In this document: positions 18,861 to 26,732 of the stretch, piece by piece | Layout: every line of letters begins with the position of its first letter | Position numbering within the stretch: position 1 is the first letter of the stretch | Assembly: GCA_051884915.1 (NCBI GenBank) | Contig: JBJEWF010000087.1 | Coordinates: 30,595 to 94,594, forward strand | Reading direction: 5' to 3' | Origin: Kiritimatiellia bacterium | GTDB taxonomy: Bacteria; Verrucomicrobiota; Kiritimatiellia; RFP12; UBA1067 | DNA length: 64,000 nucleotides | Translations under genes and position numbers: made by a program | Notes under the pieces: generated by a model | The model's input: only the letters and a program-made list of their open reading frames with translations | Told to the model about the DNA's origin: nothing | Database searches by the model: none

Positions 18861-19259
18861 TTACATGCTGAAGATCGAGAGATTGTACATGCCGTACTTG
18901 TTGCACGTGTCCAATGCGTCCACGAGGAACTTGTGCGGCGAATCCATCGTGCAGCGCACAAGGACCATGGACTTCTTCGACGTGGCCGACAGCTGCTTGA
19001 TGTTGCGGTCGAGTTCCTTGAGGGAGACGCCACGGCCGTTGAACACCAGGCCGCCGGGACCGATGTCGATCTTGATCTGGGTGTCGTTTTCTTCCTGGTT
19101 CGCGCTCGGCGCCGAGTTCGGCGCCGGCCGGTTCGCGTTCAGCTTGGAGAAAATGTCCTCCTGCTTGATCGTGACCACGAAGAAGATCATCAGCTGGAAC
19201 ACGACGTCGATCATCGGCGTCATCTCCGCTTTGGGATTTTCCTGCGTCTTGCGTGCCAT
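18861..19259 (-). CDS. exbD: Biopolymer transport protein ExbD/TolR
   Basis: 132 aa. EMTPMIDVVFQLMIFFVVT is the conserved TM helix with its Asp, followed by a periplasmic domain. Confidence 0.9.
   Translation of the reverse strand: MARKTQENPKAEMTPMIDVVFQLMIFFVVTIKQEDIFSKLNANRPAPNSAPSANQEENDTQIKIDIGPGGLVFNGRGVSLKELDRNIKQLSATSKKSMVLVRCTMDSPHKFLVDALDTCNKYGMYNLSIFSM
19171..19225 (-). repeat. Copy 1 of a 55-nt near-identical block shared by the tandem exbD paralogs
   Basis: gtgacCacgaagaagatCatcagctggaacacgacgtcgatcatcggcgtcatCt differs at only 3 positions from 19615-19669. The rest of the two genes is strongly diverged. Confidence 0.85.
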
Positions 19260-19280
19260 GTCAATTCCTCCGGCGCCCCG

Positions 19281-19706
19281 TCAGCGCGCCTTGCGCTCCT
19301 GGATCGCCACGAACGAGAGCTTCCACACGCCGCAGGCGGCGCAGATGTTCATCACCCGCGCGACGTCCCGGTGCTTGGCCCGGTAGTCCGCGCGAATCAT
19401 GCAGGGGAAGTCGGTGCCGTAACGCGCCTTGCGCTCCTTGATCTTCGAAGCCAGCATCGCGTCCGTCAACGTGATGTTGGACAGCGAGACGCGTCCGCTT
19501 CGCGCGACGTCGATCGTCAGCTGGGACGGCGGCAGTTCGTCCTGCGTCAGCACGATGCCGTGCTTGCCGTCCTCCAGCTTGATCGTCGAATCCTTGTCGT
19601 CGCTCATCTTCAGCGTGACGACGAAGAAGATGATCAGCTGGAACACGACGTCGATCATCGGCGTCATGTCCAGGGACGCGTCTTCATTTTTCGGTTTCTT
19701 GGCCAT
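19281..19706 (-). CDS. exbD: Biopolymer transport protein ExbD/TolR (second copy)
   Basis: 141 aa. DMTPMIDVVFQLIIFFVVT, followed by a periplasmic domain. Confidence 0.9.
   Translation of the reverse strand: MAKKPKNEDASLDMTPMIDVVFQLIIFFVVTLKMSDDKDSTIKLEDGKHGIVLTQDELPPSQLTIDVARSGRVSLSNITLTDAMLASKIKERKARYGTDFPCMIRADYRAKHRDVARVMNICAACGVWKLSFVAIQERKAR
19615..19669 (-). repeat. Copy 2 of the 55-nt near-identical exbD block
   Basis: gtgacGacgaagaagatGatcagctggaacacgacgtcgatcatcggcgtcatGt; see 19171-19225. Confidence 0.85.
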
Positions 19707-19731
19707 CGGGTCTACTCCCTTCGGAGTTCAA

Positions 19732-20550
19732 TCAGGCCTGGGCTTCCGATTCGACTTCGACGTTGCGGAGATCCTTGATGAGCTCCATCGTCAGCGCCGT
19801 CATGCGAAGGATGAGGCGGTTCGCGTTGTTGCGGATGGAGTAGAAGATCGTCAGCGCCGGGATCGAGACCACCAGACCGGCGGCCGTCGTCCACAGCGCC
19901 TGGGAGATGTTGCCGGCCAGCGCGCCGATGTCCGGCACGCCCGAAGCGAGAGTGGCGAAGCACATGATCATGCCTTGCACCGTACCCAGCAGACCGAGCG
20001 AAGGCGCGAGGTTGGAGCACACCGAAATCCACGTCAGACGCTGCATGATGCGCTCCGTCTCAAGATCGGCCGCCGCGTTGACGGATTCCTGAATGACGTC
20101 GAAGCCCTCCTCCACGTGCTGGAACGCGGCCGCCAGGATGTTGGACATCGCGCTCGGCTCGCTCTCGCACGCCTTCAGCGCCTTCATCACGTCGCCCTCG
20201 GCCATCGCGCCCTGGACGCTGTTGATGAGGGACTGCGGCATCAGCTTCTGGGGCTTGATCAGCACCCAGCAGTCCACCGCGAAGTAGATCGCCGCGGCGC
20301 CGTCGGCGAAAAGGGCGAACCACAGGATCACGCCCAGCGCGCCCGAACCGAACACGATGTCGAGAAAGCCGTTGCCGCCGCCCCTCTTCTCGCCGGCGTC
20401 GACCGGTTTGCCGCTGGTCGTGTCGACGAGGTCGCTCGCGGGCGCAGAAGAATCCTGGGCCATCGCGACATTCGTCGCAACGGGGGCGACAACCAGGCCG
20501 AGCATCATCAGGACGGCCATTACGGACTTCTGCGTTTTCTTCATGTTCAT
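19732..20550 (-). CDS. exbB: MotA/TolQ/ExbB proton-channel protein with a signal peptide and a periplasmic N-terminal extension
   Basis: The C-terminal half (LGLLGTVQGMIMCF...ALWTTAAGLVVSIPALTIFY) is the ExbB/TolQ signature. I moved the start to ATG 20550 (MNMKKTQKSVMAVLMMLGLVVAPVATNVAMAQ), which is preceded by AAGGAAC. Confidence 0.88.
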   Translation of the reverse strand: MNMKKTQKSVMAVLMMLGLVVAPVATNVAMAQDSSAPASDLVDTTSGKPVDAGEKRGGGNGFLDIVFGSGALGVILWFALFADGAAAIYFAVDCWVLIKPQKLMPQSLINSVQGAMAEGDVMKALKACESEPSAMSNILAAAFQHVEEGFDVIQESVNAAADLETERIMQRLTWISVCSNLAPSLGLLGTVQGMIMCFATLASGVPDIGALAGNISQALWTTAAGLVVSIPALTIFYSIRNNANRLILRMTALTMELIKDLRNVEVESEAQA

Positions 20551-20611
20551 TTTCTTTTGTTCCTTGCTTAGACTGTATTGTCGGATACCTGATTCAAACT
20601 CGCGCATCACC

Positions 20612-21406
20612 CTACCGGGCCGCCCACGGGCTGGACTTGTAGGTTCTCTTCAGCTCGCGGCGCATCGCATCGGCGCGGCCGCTCTGGCCCAGGTGCTCGA
20701 AGCACTTGGCGGCCTTGTAGAGCGCCTCCGGACGCAGCCGGTCGGCGATTTCCGGATCGCGGCAGCAGAGCACGACGCGCAGATAGCCGTCCGCCAGCGC
20801 CTTCTTCGCCGCGTCCGCGCTGTCGTTCCCCGCCTTCATGACGATGTCGCCACGCATGAGCAGCGCGGCGCCGGCGGAGAAACCGTCTCCGCTCTTGGCG
20901 GCCCGGTCAAGCAGCTTCTCAAGAGCCGGGACTCTGTCCAGCCCCAGCAGCGACGCCCAATAGGCCGGCGCCAGATCGCCCTTGTAGGCCGCCGCGGGTT
21001 CGCCGTCGATGATCGCCTTGCACGCCCGGTAGGCGTCGTTGGGCTTCGAGGCCGCAAGATAGGCTTCCGCCAGATACCGCCCCGCCACCTTGTCCCACTG
21101 CAGATGCTTGTATTCGGCCACGATCTTCTGCAGGGCGGGAATCGCCGCCGCGCCCTGTCCCTGCGCGACGCGGGCGATGGCATCGTCCAGCGCCGCGGGC
21201 TTCTCGATGTCGACATTCTCGACTTCGGACTCCTTGAACTGGAGCTCCACGCCGCCCTTCGTCACCACATAGGCCTTGTCGCGCGAACTCCAGGCGATCA
21301 TGCCCTTCTGCGTGTCGCCGTTCTCGGTCGTGATCGTGCCTTTCGCCGCGCCCCATGCCGATGCCGCCGCGCAGACCGCAAAAACCCAAACTACGCTCCT
21401 GTACAT
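20612..21406 (-). CDS. Secreted TPR-like/helical-repeat protein
   Basis: 264 aa. Signal peptide MYRSVVWVFAVCAAASAWGAAKG, a small beta-rich head, then Ala/Leu-rich helical repeats. A GGAGG lies in the 12-nt gap after the large TPR gene. Confidence 0.6.
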   Translation of the reverse strand: MYRSVVWVFAVCAAASAWGAAKGTITTENGDTQKGMIAWSSRDKAYVVTKGGVELQFKESEVENVDIEKPAALDDAIARVAQGQGAAAIPALQKIVAEYKHLQWDKVAGRYLAEAYLAASKPNDAYRACKAIIDGEPAAAYKGDLAPAYWASLLGLDRVPALEKLLDRAAKSGDGFSAGAALLMRGDIVMKAGNDSADAAKKALADGYLRVVLCCRDPEIADRLRPEALYKAAKCFEHLGQSGRADAMRRELKRTYKSSPWAAR

Positions 21407-21418
21407 TGCCGCCTCCTT

Positions 21419-24400
21419 TTAATCCGCCTTGACCGAATTGAGCGCGTTCTGCACATCCGTCTTGCGCTTGCCGTCCGGAAAGAGCTCAAGATAGGTATTC
21501 GCGTACCTGACGATCGTCTCGCGCTGCTCCGCCTTGGCCTCCTTCTCCTCTTTCGAGCCGTCCGCCATCTTCGGCAGAATCTTCGCCATCAGCGGCAGCG
21601 CCGCGGCGTAGCACCGTTCCAGATTGGCGAGTTCGGCCGGCGTCATGTCCTTCGCCGGGTGCGCCTCCGTCGGCTCGTGCGACATCAGGAAGGCCTGGAA
21701 GCCGGACACCGCCAGGCGCGCGGTCTCCTCCGCCTTCGCCGCCAGGCCCATCGCCTCCTCGGCCTCCATCTTCCGCACCAGGATCTCCGCCGAGCGCAGT
21801 TCGAGAATGTCCAGATCGGCTTTCGTCTTCTTGAAGGCGCGGACCTTCTTGAGCGCGCCCACGGCCGCGTTGAAATACTTGCGGCGCATGTCGTCGTCCT
21901 TCTCGCGGCGGCCTTCCTCGGCGGCGATTTCGACGATCATCTCGTAGGCGTCGACCACCAGGCGGCTCTTGCCGTATTTCTCCGTGAAATCGTCCAGCTT
22001 CTGGTGGGCTTCGCTCCAGGACTCCGCCCCCTTGAGCGCCTTGGCCTGGCCAACCAGCGCCATCTGGACGATGGCGGTCGCGTTCGACGCGCCCTTCGAC
22101 AGGTCAATGGCCTTCGCGTAGGCCTCCTGCGCGACGTCCCATCCCTTCGCGTCCAGCAGGGCGTTGCCCGCCATCAGGAACTGGCCGGCCGTGTACTTCC
22201 CGTCCGGCGTCGAGAGCATCTGCCGGTACTGCGCGACGCCTTCGGCGCGCAGCCCCATCTCGATGAGCGTCTTCGCCAGGCGCGGCACCGAGTTCTTGGC
22301 CTCGTCCGAATCGGGGAATTCCTTCTGCAGGCGGGCGAACGCCTCCTGCGACTTCTCCATGTTCTTCTCCGCCGTCCAGATCGTTCCGATCTTCACGAGA
22401 ATCTGCGGCGCGTACCGGCCCTTCGGGTTGGTCGCGAGATAGTTCTCGTAGGCCTTGACGGCCATGCCGCGGAACGCCGGAATCTTGTCCGCCGGCCATT
22501 GCAGGCGCTGCCAGCTTTCACCTTCGAGATACTGGGCCTGTTCGCGCTGGAGGACGTACGTGTCCCGTTCGGCGGCCGGCAGGCCCTTGTCCTCCAGCGC
22601 CTTCCCGATCAGGGCCGTCGTCGCGCGGAAATCCTTGATCGCGCCCGCCACGCCGCCATAGCCCTGCTTGCGGAGGCTCTCCGCCGCCGCCACGTCATTC
22701 GTCCCGGCTGCCGCGTCGAACGACGCGAAGCCGCGCTTCTGCTCCATCAGCGCCAGACTCAGCTGCGAGGAGATCTTCTCGCTGGGCTTCTTCGCGACGT
22801 TCGCGAACTTGCGCAGCCAGCTTTCCTGCTCGTGCGAATTGCCGAGTTTGCCATGGCAGGTCGAGAGGCATTGCAGCGAGCTCGCGTAGTACGGCGAGTT
22901 CGTGTAGGCGGTCGCCACCATTTCGTAGAAGTGGATCGCCTTCTCCCAGTCCTCGGCCTTCATCGCCTGCCCCGCCAGGGAGAGCGCCGTCTGCGACGCG
23001 TTGTAATGGCTGCCGAAGTTCTTGAAATAGAGGTCGTAGACTTCCTGCGAACGCGCCAGCGCGCCCGTTTCGCGCTCCTTGATCGCCAGACGGAGCAGTT
23101 CGTCGCCGGCGGCGCGCTCCCGCGCGTCGCCCTTGCCGGCGAACTGCTTGACGAGCTCCTCTTCCGCCGCCGTCGCCGCCGCGCGGAACTCCTGCTTCTT
23201 CTTGGCGTCCCTTTCGTTCTGCCCCAGGGCCAGGTTGCAGTCCGCCAGGATGGCGATCGCCCCCGGCGCCTCCTCCGCGTCCGGGAACTGCTTCAGGAGC
23301 GCCGTGTAGGCCTTGAGCGCCCCCGCGAAGTCGCTGCCCTTGAATATCGAATAGGCGTTGTTGAACTGCGCCTGACGGACCTTCGCCATCTGGTCCGGCG
23401 AAATGTTCACGGCCTTCTTCAGGTCCTTTTTGTAGCGTTCCTGGACGAAAGCCGCAATCTCCTCGTAGATCTGCCCCGCATCCGCCGCGACCGACGATTC
23501 CGGGTATTTCACGTAGACGTTGACGGCGTGGTTGAAGGCGCCCAGACCGTTGCGCTTGCCGTTCACCTTCGCCCCGAGGATGGCGGCGGTGATCTTCGCG
23601 TCGTCGGGCTTCGCCGCCTTCGCTTCGGCCTTGGCCACGTCCCACAGCATCTTCGCCAGCAGATAGCGGCACTCGGGCATCGGGCTCATGCGCACATAGC
23701 CCAGCTTGCCGTCGGGATCCTGCTCCAGCAGGCTGTTGTGGATCTCCGCCAGCTGCGGCATGTAGCCGTTCACCAGGCTCTGCGCCTTCTCGACGTTGCC
23801 GGTCAGCATCTCGATGTGCGCCTTCATCGCGATGGCCTTGCCGAACACGATGATGAGGTCGTTCTTCCACAACAGCTTGTCCACCAGCGCCGTCGCCTGG
23901 GCGAGGTAGCTCTTCCGCTTCTCCAGCAGGGCCTTGTCCTTGCCGCCCTCGACCTTGATGTCCTCGGCCAGATTGATGAACAGCCCCGCCGCCTCCATCG
24001 CCACCGCGCACCAGCGCTCTTCCGGCAGATTCTTGGACAGCAGCCCGCCGTACATCTTCACGGCCTCGTCGAAATTCCTCTCGGCCACGCAGATCTGCGC
24101 CCACGTGAAACCGGCCTGGACGTAGAAGTCGACCAGTTCCGGACCCGGCTTCTGGACTTTCGCGAAGAACTCCTGGTAGATCTTGCGGCACTCGGCCATC
24201 ATCGAACGCGCGTAGTAGGCGTCGGCCATGGACAATTTCAGCGCCCAGTACTCGCTGCCGTTCTTGTCCTGCATGCCGTCGATGACCTTCTGCACGTCCG
24301 CAAACTTGCCCAGCCGGAGATCGCCCTGGATTTCCAGGACTTTCAGCTTCGGCCCGAGCTGGGGCCACTTCTTCTTGGCCGCGGCGATCACGATTTCGGC

Positions 24401-24580
24401 GAAGTCGGGCATGTTCGCCTCGATCAGCGCCGCGATGTAGGCTTCCTCCTCCTTCATCGCCGCGGCGTCGGCGTCGGCCGGCTCGGCGTCGGCCGCGCGC
24501 GCGTGCGCGAACGGAACGAGGACACTCGCGGCCAGCGCCGCGAATGCGAGAGCACGACTATAGGTATGGCTAAATCTCAT
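21419..24580 (-). CDS. Large secreted tetratricopeptide (TPR) repeat protein
   Basis: About 1053 aa from ATG 24580 (MRFSHTYSRALAFAALAASVLVPFAHARAAD, signal peptide). It shows many 34-aa-type A/Y/L-rich repeats (e.g. AYYARSMMAECRKIYQEF, AQYLEGESWQRL). The track start 24688 would run through the pgk terminator. Confidence 0.75.
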   Translation of the reverse strand: MRFSHTYSRALAFAALAASVLVPFAHARAADAEPADADAAAMKEEEAYIAALIEANMPDFAEIVIAAAKKKWPQLGPKLKVLEIQGDLRLGKFADVQKVIDGMQDKNGSEYWALKLSMADAYYARSMMAECRKIYQEFFAKVQKPGPELVDFYVQAGFTWAQICVAERNFDEAVKMYGGLLSKNLPEERWCAVAMEAAGLFINLAEDIKVEGGKDKALLEKRKSYLAQATALVDKLLWKNDLIIVFGKAIAMKAHIEMLTGNVEKAQSLVNGYMPQLAEIHNSLLEQDPDGKLGYVRMSPMPECRYLLAKMLWDVAKAEAKAAKPDDAKITAAILGAKVNGKRNGLGAFNHAVNVYVKYPESSVAADAGQIYEEIAAFVQERYKKDLKKAVNISPDQMAKVRQAQFNNAYSIFKGSDFAGALKAYTALLKQFPDAEEAPGAIAILADCNLALGQNERDAKKKQEFRAAATAAEEELVKQFAGKGDARERAAGDELLRLAIKERETGALARSQEVYDLYFKNFGSHYNASQTALSLAGQAMKAEDWEKAIHFYEMVATAYTNSPYYASSLQCLSTCHGKLGNSHEQESWLRKFANVAKKPSEKISSQLSLALMEQKRGFASFDAAAGTNDVAAAESLRKQGYGGVAGAIKDFRATTALIGKALEDKGLPAAERDTYVLQREQAQYLEGESWQRLQWPADKIPAFRGMAVKAYENYLATNPKGRYAPQILVKIGTIWTAEKNMEKSQEAFARLQKEFPDSDEAKNSVPRLAKTLIEMGLRAEGVAQYRQMLSTPDGKYTAGQFLMAGNALLDAKGWDVAQEAYAKAIDLSKGASNATAIVQMALVGQAKALKGAESWSEAHQKLDDFTEKYGKSRLVVDAYEMIVEIAAEEGRREKDDDMRRKYFNAAVGALKKVRAFKKTKADLDILELRSAEILVRKMEAEEAMGLAAKAEETARLAVSGFQAFLMSHEPTEAHPAKDMTPAELANLERCYAAALPLMAKILPKMADGSKEEKEAKAEQRETIVRYANTYLELFPDGKRKTDVQNALNSVKAD

Positions 24581-24587
24581 GGCGGCA

Positions 24588-24616
24588 AGTATAATGGAAA
24601 AACCGGCATGCGTCAA
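24588..24616 (-). promoter_or_regulatory. Sigma70-type promoter TTGACG-17-TATACT, 7 nt upstream of the TPR gene ATG (candidate leaderless)
   Basis: Minus strand reads gtgcTTGACGcatgccggtttttccatTATACTtgccgccATG. The -35 hexamer lies in the loop of the pgk terminator hairpin. Confidence 0.7.
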
Positions 24617-24628
24617 GCACGCCGGTTT
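24596..24628 (-). terminator. Rho-independent terminator after pgk
   Basis: Minus-strand RNA reads AAACCGGC-(13-nt loop)-GCCGGUUU followed by UUCC. The stem is 8 bp and the U-run is 5. Confidence 0.65.
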
Positions 24629-24674
24629 CGAAAAAGTTGCCTTTTCCAGGCGACTTCGCCATCTGTTCCCGCGG

Positions 24675-25988
24675 TTACTTGTCCTCAAGCGCCGCGACGC
24701 CCGGCAGGACCTTGCCTTCGAGATATTCGAGCGACGCGCCGCCGCCCGTCGAAATGTGGGACATTTCGGCCGCCTTGCCGCTCTTCTTCACCGCGCTGAC
24801 GGAATCGCCGCCGCCGATGATGGACATGCCGCCGTTCGCCTTGACCGTGGCGACCGCGTCGCACACGCCAAACGTGCCCTTCGCGAGCGGCGGGAACTCG
24901 AAACAGCCCATCGGGCCGTTCCACACGACCGTCTTCGCCGCCTTGACCGCGTCGGAGAAGAGCGCGATCGACTTCGGGCCGATGTCAAGCCCCATCCAGC
25001 CGTCTTCGATGTCGCCCTCCGAGACCTTCATCTCGATGTCGGACGCGTCCTTCTCGGCCGGGAACTTGTTCGCGACCACGTCGTCGACGGGGAGCAGGAA
25101 CTTGATGCCCTTGGCCGCCGCCGCGTCCAGCATCTCCTTCGCGTACGCGAGCTGGTCGTCCTCGCACAGGGACGCGCCGATCTTCACGCCCTGGGCCTTC
25201 TTGAACGTGTAGGCCATGCCGCCGCCCACGATGAGCGTGTCGACCTTGTTGAGGAGGTTCTTGATGACCTTGAGCTTGTCGGAAACCTTCGCGCCGCCGA
25301 GAATGGCCACGAACGGACGGACCGGATTCTCGACCGCATCGCCGAGGAACTTGATTTCCTTCTCAAGCAGGAAGCCGCTCACCGCCGGACGCAGATAGTC
25401 CGCGATCACGGCCGTCGAAGCATGGGCGCGGTGCGCCGTGCCGAACGCGTCGTTCGCATAGACGTCGCCGTAGGACGCGAGCTTCTTCGCCATCGCGATG
25501 CGCTGCTCCTTGAGTTCCGCCTTCTTCGCCTGGAACTCCTCTTCCGTCAGATGGATGCCCTTCTTCTCGTCGTCCTTCTTGACCTTGCCGTCCTCGGCCT
25601 TGTAGAAGCGGGTGTTCTCAAGCAGCGTGACGTCGCCCGGCTTCATCGCCGCGACAATCCCGTCCGCCGCCATGCAGTCCGGCGCGAACGTGACGGGCCG
25701 GTCGAGAAGCTTCGCCAGCGCCTCCGCCACCGGCTTCAGCGTGAACGCGGCATTGTCCGCATTCGGCGCCGCGCCCAGCTTGACGCCCTTCGGGCGGCCG
25801 AGGTGGGACATCAGAACGAGCGAAGCCCCCTGCTCAAGCACGTACTTGATGGACGGAAGCGCCGCGACGATGCGCGTGTCGTCCGTGATCTTGCCGGAGC
25901 CGTCCTTGGCCATCGGCACGTTGAAATCGACGCGCATCACCACGCGCTTGCCCGCGAGATCGATGTCGCGAAGAGTCTTCTTAGCCAT
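24675..25988 (-). CDS. pgk: Phosphoglycerate kinase (long form)
   Basis: [25 protein letters not shown]...SHLGRPKG...[13 protein letters not shown]...GGGDS...STGGGASLE. The 437-aa length includes a charged segment before NDAFG. Confidence 0.96.
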   Translation of the reverse strand: MAKKTLRDIDLAGKRVVMRVDFNVPMAKDGSGKITDDTRIVAALPSIKYVLEQGASLVLMSHLGRPKGVKLGAAPNADNAAFTLKPVAEALAKLLDRPVTFAPDCMAADGIVAAMKPGDVTLLENTRFYKAEDGKVKKDDEKKGIHLTEEEFQAKKAELKEQRIAMAKKLASYGDVYANDAFGTAHRAHASTAVIADYLRPAVSGFLLEKEIKFLGDAVENPVRPFVAILGGAKVSDKLKVIKNLLNKVDTLIVGGGMAYTFKKAQGVKIGASLCEDDQLAYAKEMLDAAAAKGIKFLLPVDDVVANKFPAEKDASDIEMKVSEGDIEDGWMGLDIGPKSIALFSDAVKAAKTVVWNGPMGCFEFPPLAKGTFGVCDAVATVKANGGMSIIGGGDSVSAVKKSGKAAEMSHISTGGGASLEYLEGKVLPGVAALEDK

Positions 25989-26115
25989 TTCACTTGTCCT
26001 TTCGGTTAATCACTGCTTCAAAACAACACGACCGACGGCAGCCGACCCAAGCCGATTGCCGTCGATCTTTTCGCCATCGACGGCCGTCGACAGCCATCGG
26101 AGGGAAGGGGCTCCC

Positions 26116-26412
26116 TTACTTCGCTTCCGCGGAAGCGGCGGCAGCCGCCTTGTTCATCTTCAGCTGGGCACGGGATTTCTTGCGGTCCGCCGTGTTCTTG
26201 GAGATGATGCCCTTCTTCGCGGCCTTGTCGAGACTGCTCACAAAGTCCGTGAACTGCTTCGCGGCTTCCTCCGTCTTCCCGGCGTCGGCAGCCTTGAAGA
26301 GTTTCTTGTGCGCCGTGTGCAGATGCGCCTTCACGGCGACGTTGCGCTTGTTCGCCTTCGCGTTCTGACGGTCGCGTTTACGGGCGGCACGGCCGCCTTT
26401 GATGTTCGCCAT
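26116..26412 (-). CDS. rpsT: 30S ribosomal protein S20
   Basis: MANIKGGRAARKRDRQNAKANKRNVAVKAHLHTAHKK... is a typical basic, helical S20. 98 aa. A GGAG lies 10 nt upstream. Confidence 0.93.
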   Translation of the reverse strand: MANIKGGRAARKRDRQNAKANKRNVAVKAHLHTAHKKLFKAADAGKTEEAAKQFTDFVSSLDKAAKKGIISKNTADRKKSRAQLKMNKAAAAASAEAK

Positions 26413-26452
26413 TGTTGCTAACTCCTATTGGTCCAAAAACAATTGGACACAT

Positions 26453-26481
26453 ATTGTATCGAAATTGAGGCAGATTGTGAA
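26453..26481 (-). promoter_or_regulatory. Sigma70-type promoter TTCACA-17-TACAAT for rpsT
   Basis: Minus strand reads ccagTTCACAatctgcctcaatttcgaTACAATatgtg... It sits in the only clearly AT-rich island of the window, and the leader is about 40 nt with a GGAG. Confidence 0.7.
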
Positions 26482-26519
26482 CTGGAAAATGAAAAATTTC
26501 GTTTTCCTCGATTTCCCCC

Positions 26520-26548
26520 TTGCGCCTATCCCAGAAATAGTGTATACT
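26520..26548 (+). promoter_or_regulatory. Sigma70-type promoter TTGCGC-17-TATACT for tRNA-Thr
   Basis: Plus strand reads cTTGCGCctatcccagaaatagtgTATACTgg. The -10 ends 18 nt before the mature tRNA 5' end. It is divergent from the rpsT promoter. Confidence 0.65.
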
Positions 26549-26566
26549 GGCGCACGTTTTCACCAA

Positions 26567-26642
26567 GCCAGGTTAGCACAGCTGGTAGTGCGGCTCATTC
26601 GTAATGAGCAGGTCGGCGGTTCGAATCCGTTACCTGGCTCCA
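26567..26642 (+). tRNA. tRNA-Thr (anticodon CGU)
   Basis: I folded the 76-nt cloverleaf by hand. Acceptor GCCAGGT/ACCTGGC, D stem GCAC/GTGC, anticodon stem GCTCA/TGAGC with loop TTCGTAA, T arm GGCGG-TTCGAAT-CCGTT, and an encoded CCA. Confidence 0.9.
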
Positions 26643-26686
26643 CTTGGAAAGCGGGATTCCCTCTCGGGGATTCCGTTTTTTCTTTT

Positions 26687-26721
26687 CGCGAACCGGCGCG
26701 GGCCCTGGCCCGCGGTTCGCG
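26687..26721. terminator. Long imperfect GC hairpin between the convergent tRNA-Thr and the 26733 gene (possible bidirectional terminator)
   Basis: cgcgaaccggcgcgggccctggcccgcggttcgcg forms a stem of about 14 bp with a bulge. It is preceded on the plus strand by TTTTTTCTTTT, so the U-tract geometry is atypical on both strands. Confidence 0.3.
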
Positions 26722-26732
26722 CCAATCGCCGC

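Noticed and set aside
20551-20611. AT-rich 61-nt gap before exbB, examined as an internal promoter (TTGAAT ... TACAGT)
   Set aside because: The spacing between the best -35-like and -10-like hexamers is ~14 nt, which is too short. I could not support a promoter call from sequence alone.
25400-25560. A charged segment of about 30 aa ([30 protein letters not shown]) that makes PGK 437 aa long
   Set aside because: It lies in a surface region before the NDAFG motif, where long-form PGKs are known to vary. Without an alignment I cannot show that it is unusual.
25989-26115. Palindrome TCGACGGCCGTCGA and hairpin CGACGGCA..TGCCGTCG followed by GUUGUUUUG between rpsT and pgk
   Set aside because: This could be an rpsT terminator or attenuator. 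However, the loop is long (16 nt) and the U-tract is interrupted. It is plausible but not strong enough to list as a feature.
26651-26681. Possible terminator right after tRNA-Thr (gcgggattccctctcggggattccgtttttt)
   Set aside because: The conspicuous element is a direct repeat (gggattcc twice), not an inverted repeat. Only a weak 6-bp stem with a G.U pair can form, and 4 nt separate it from the T-run. This is too weak to call, although the T-run is real.
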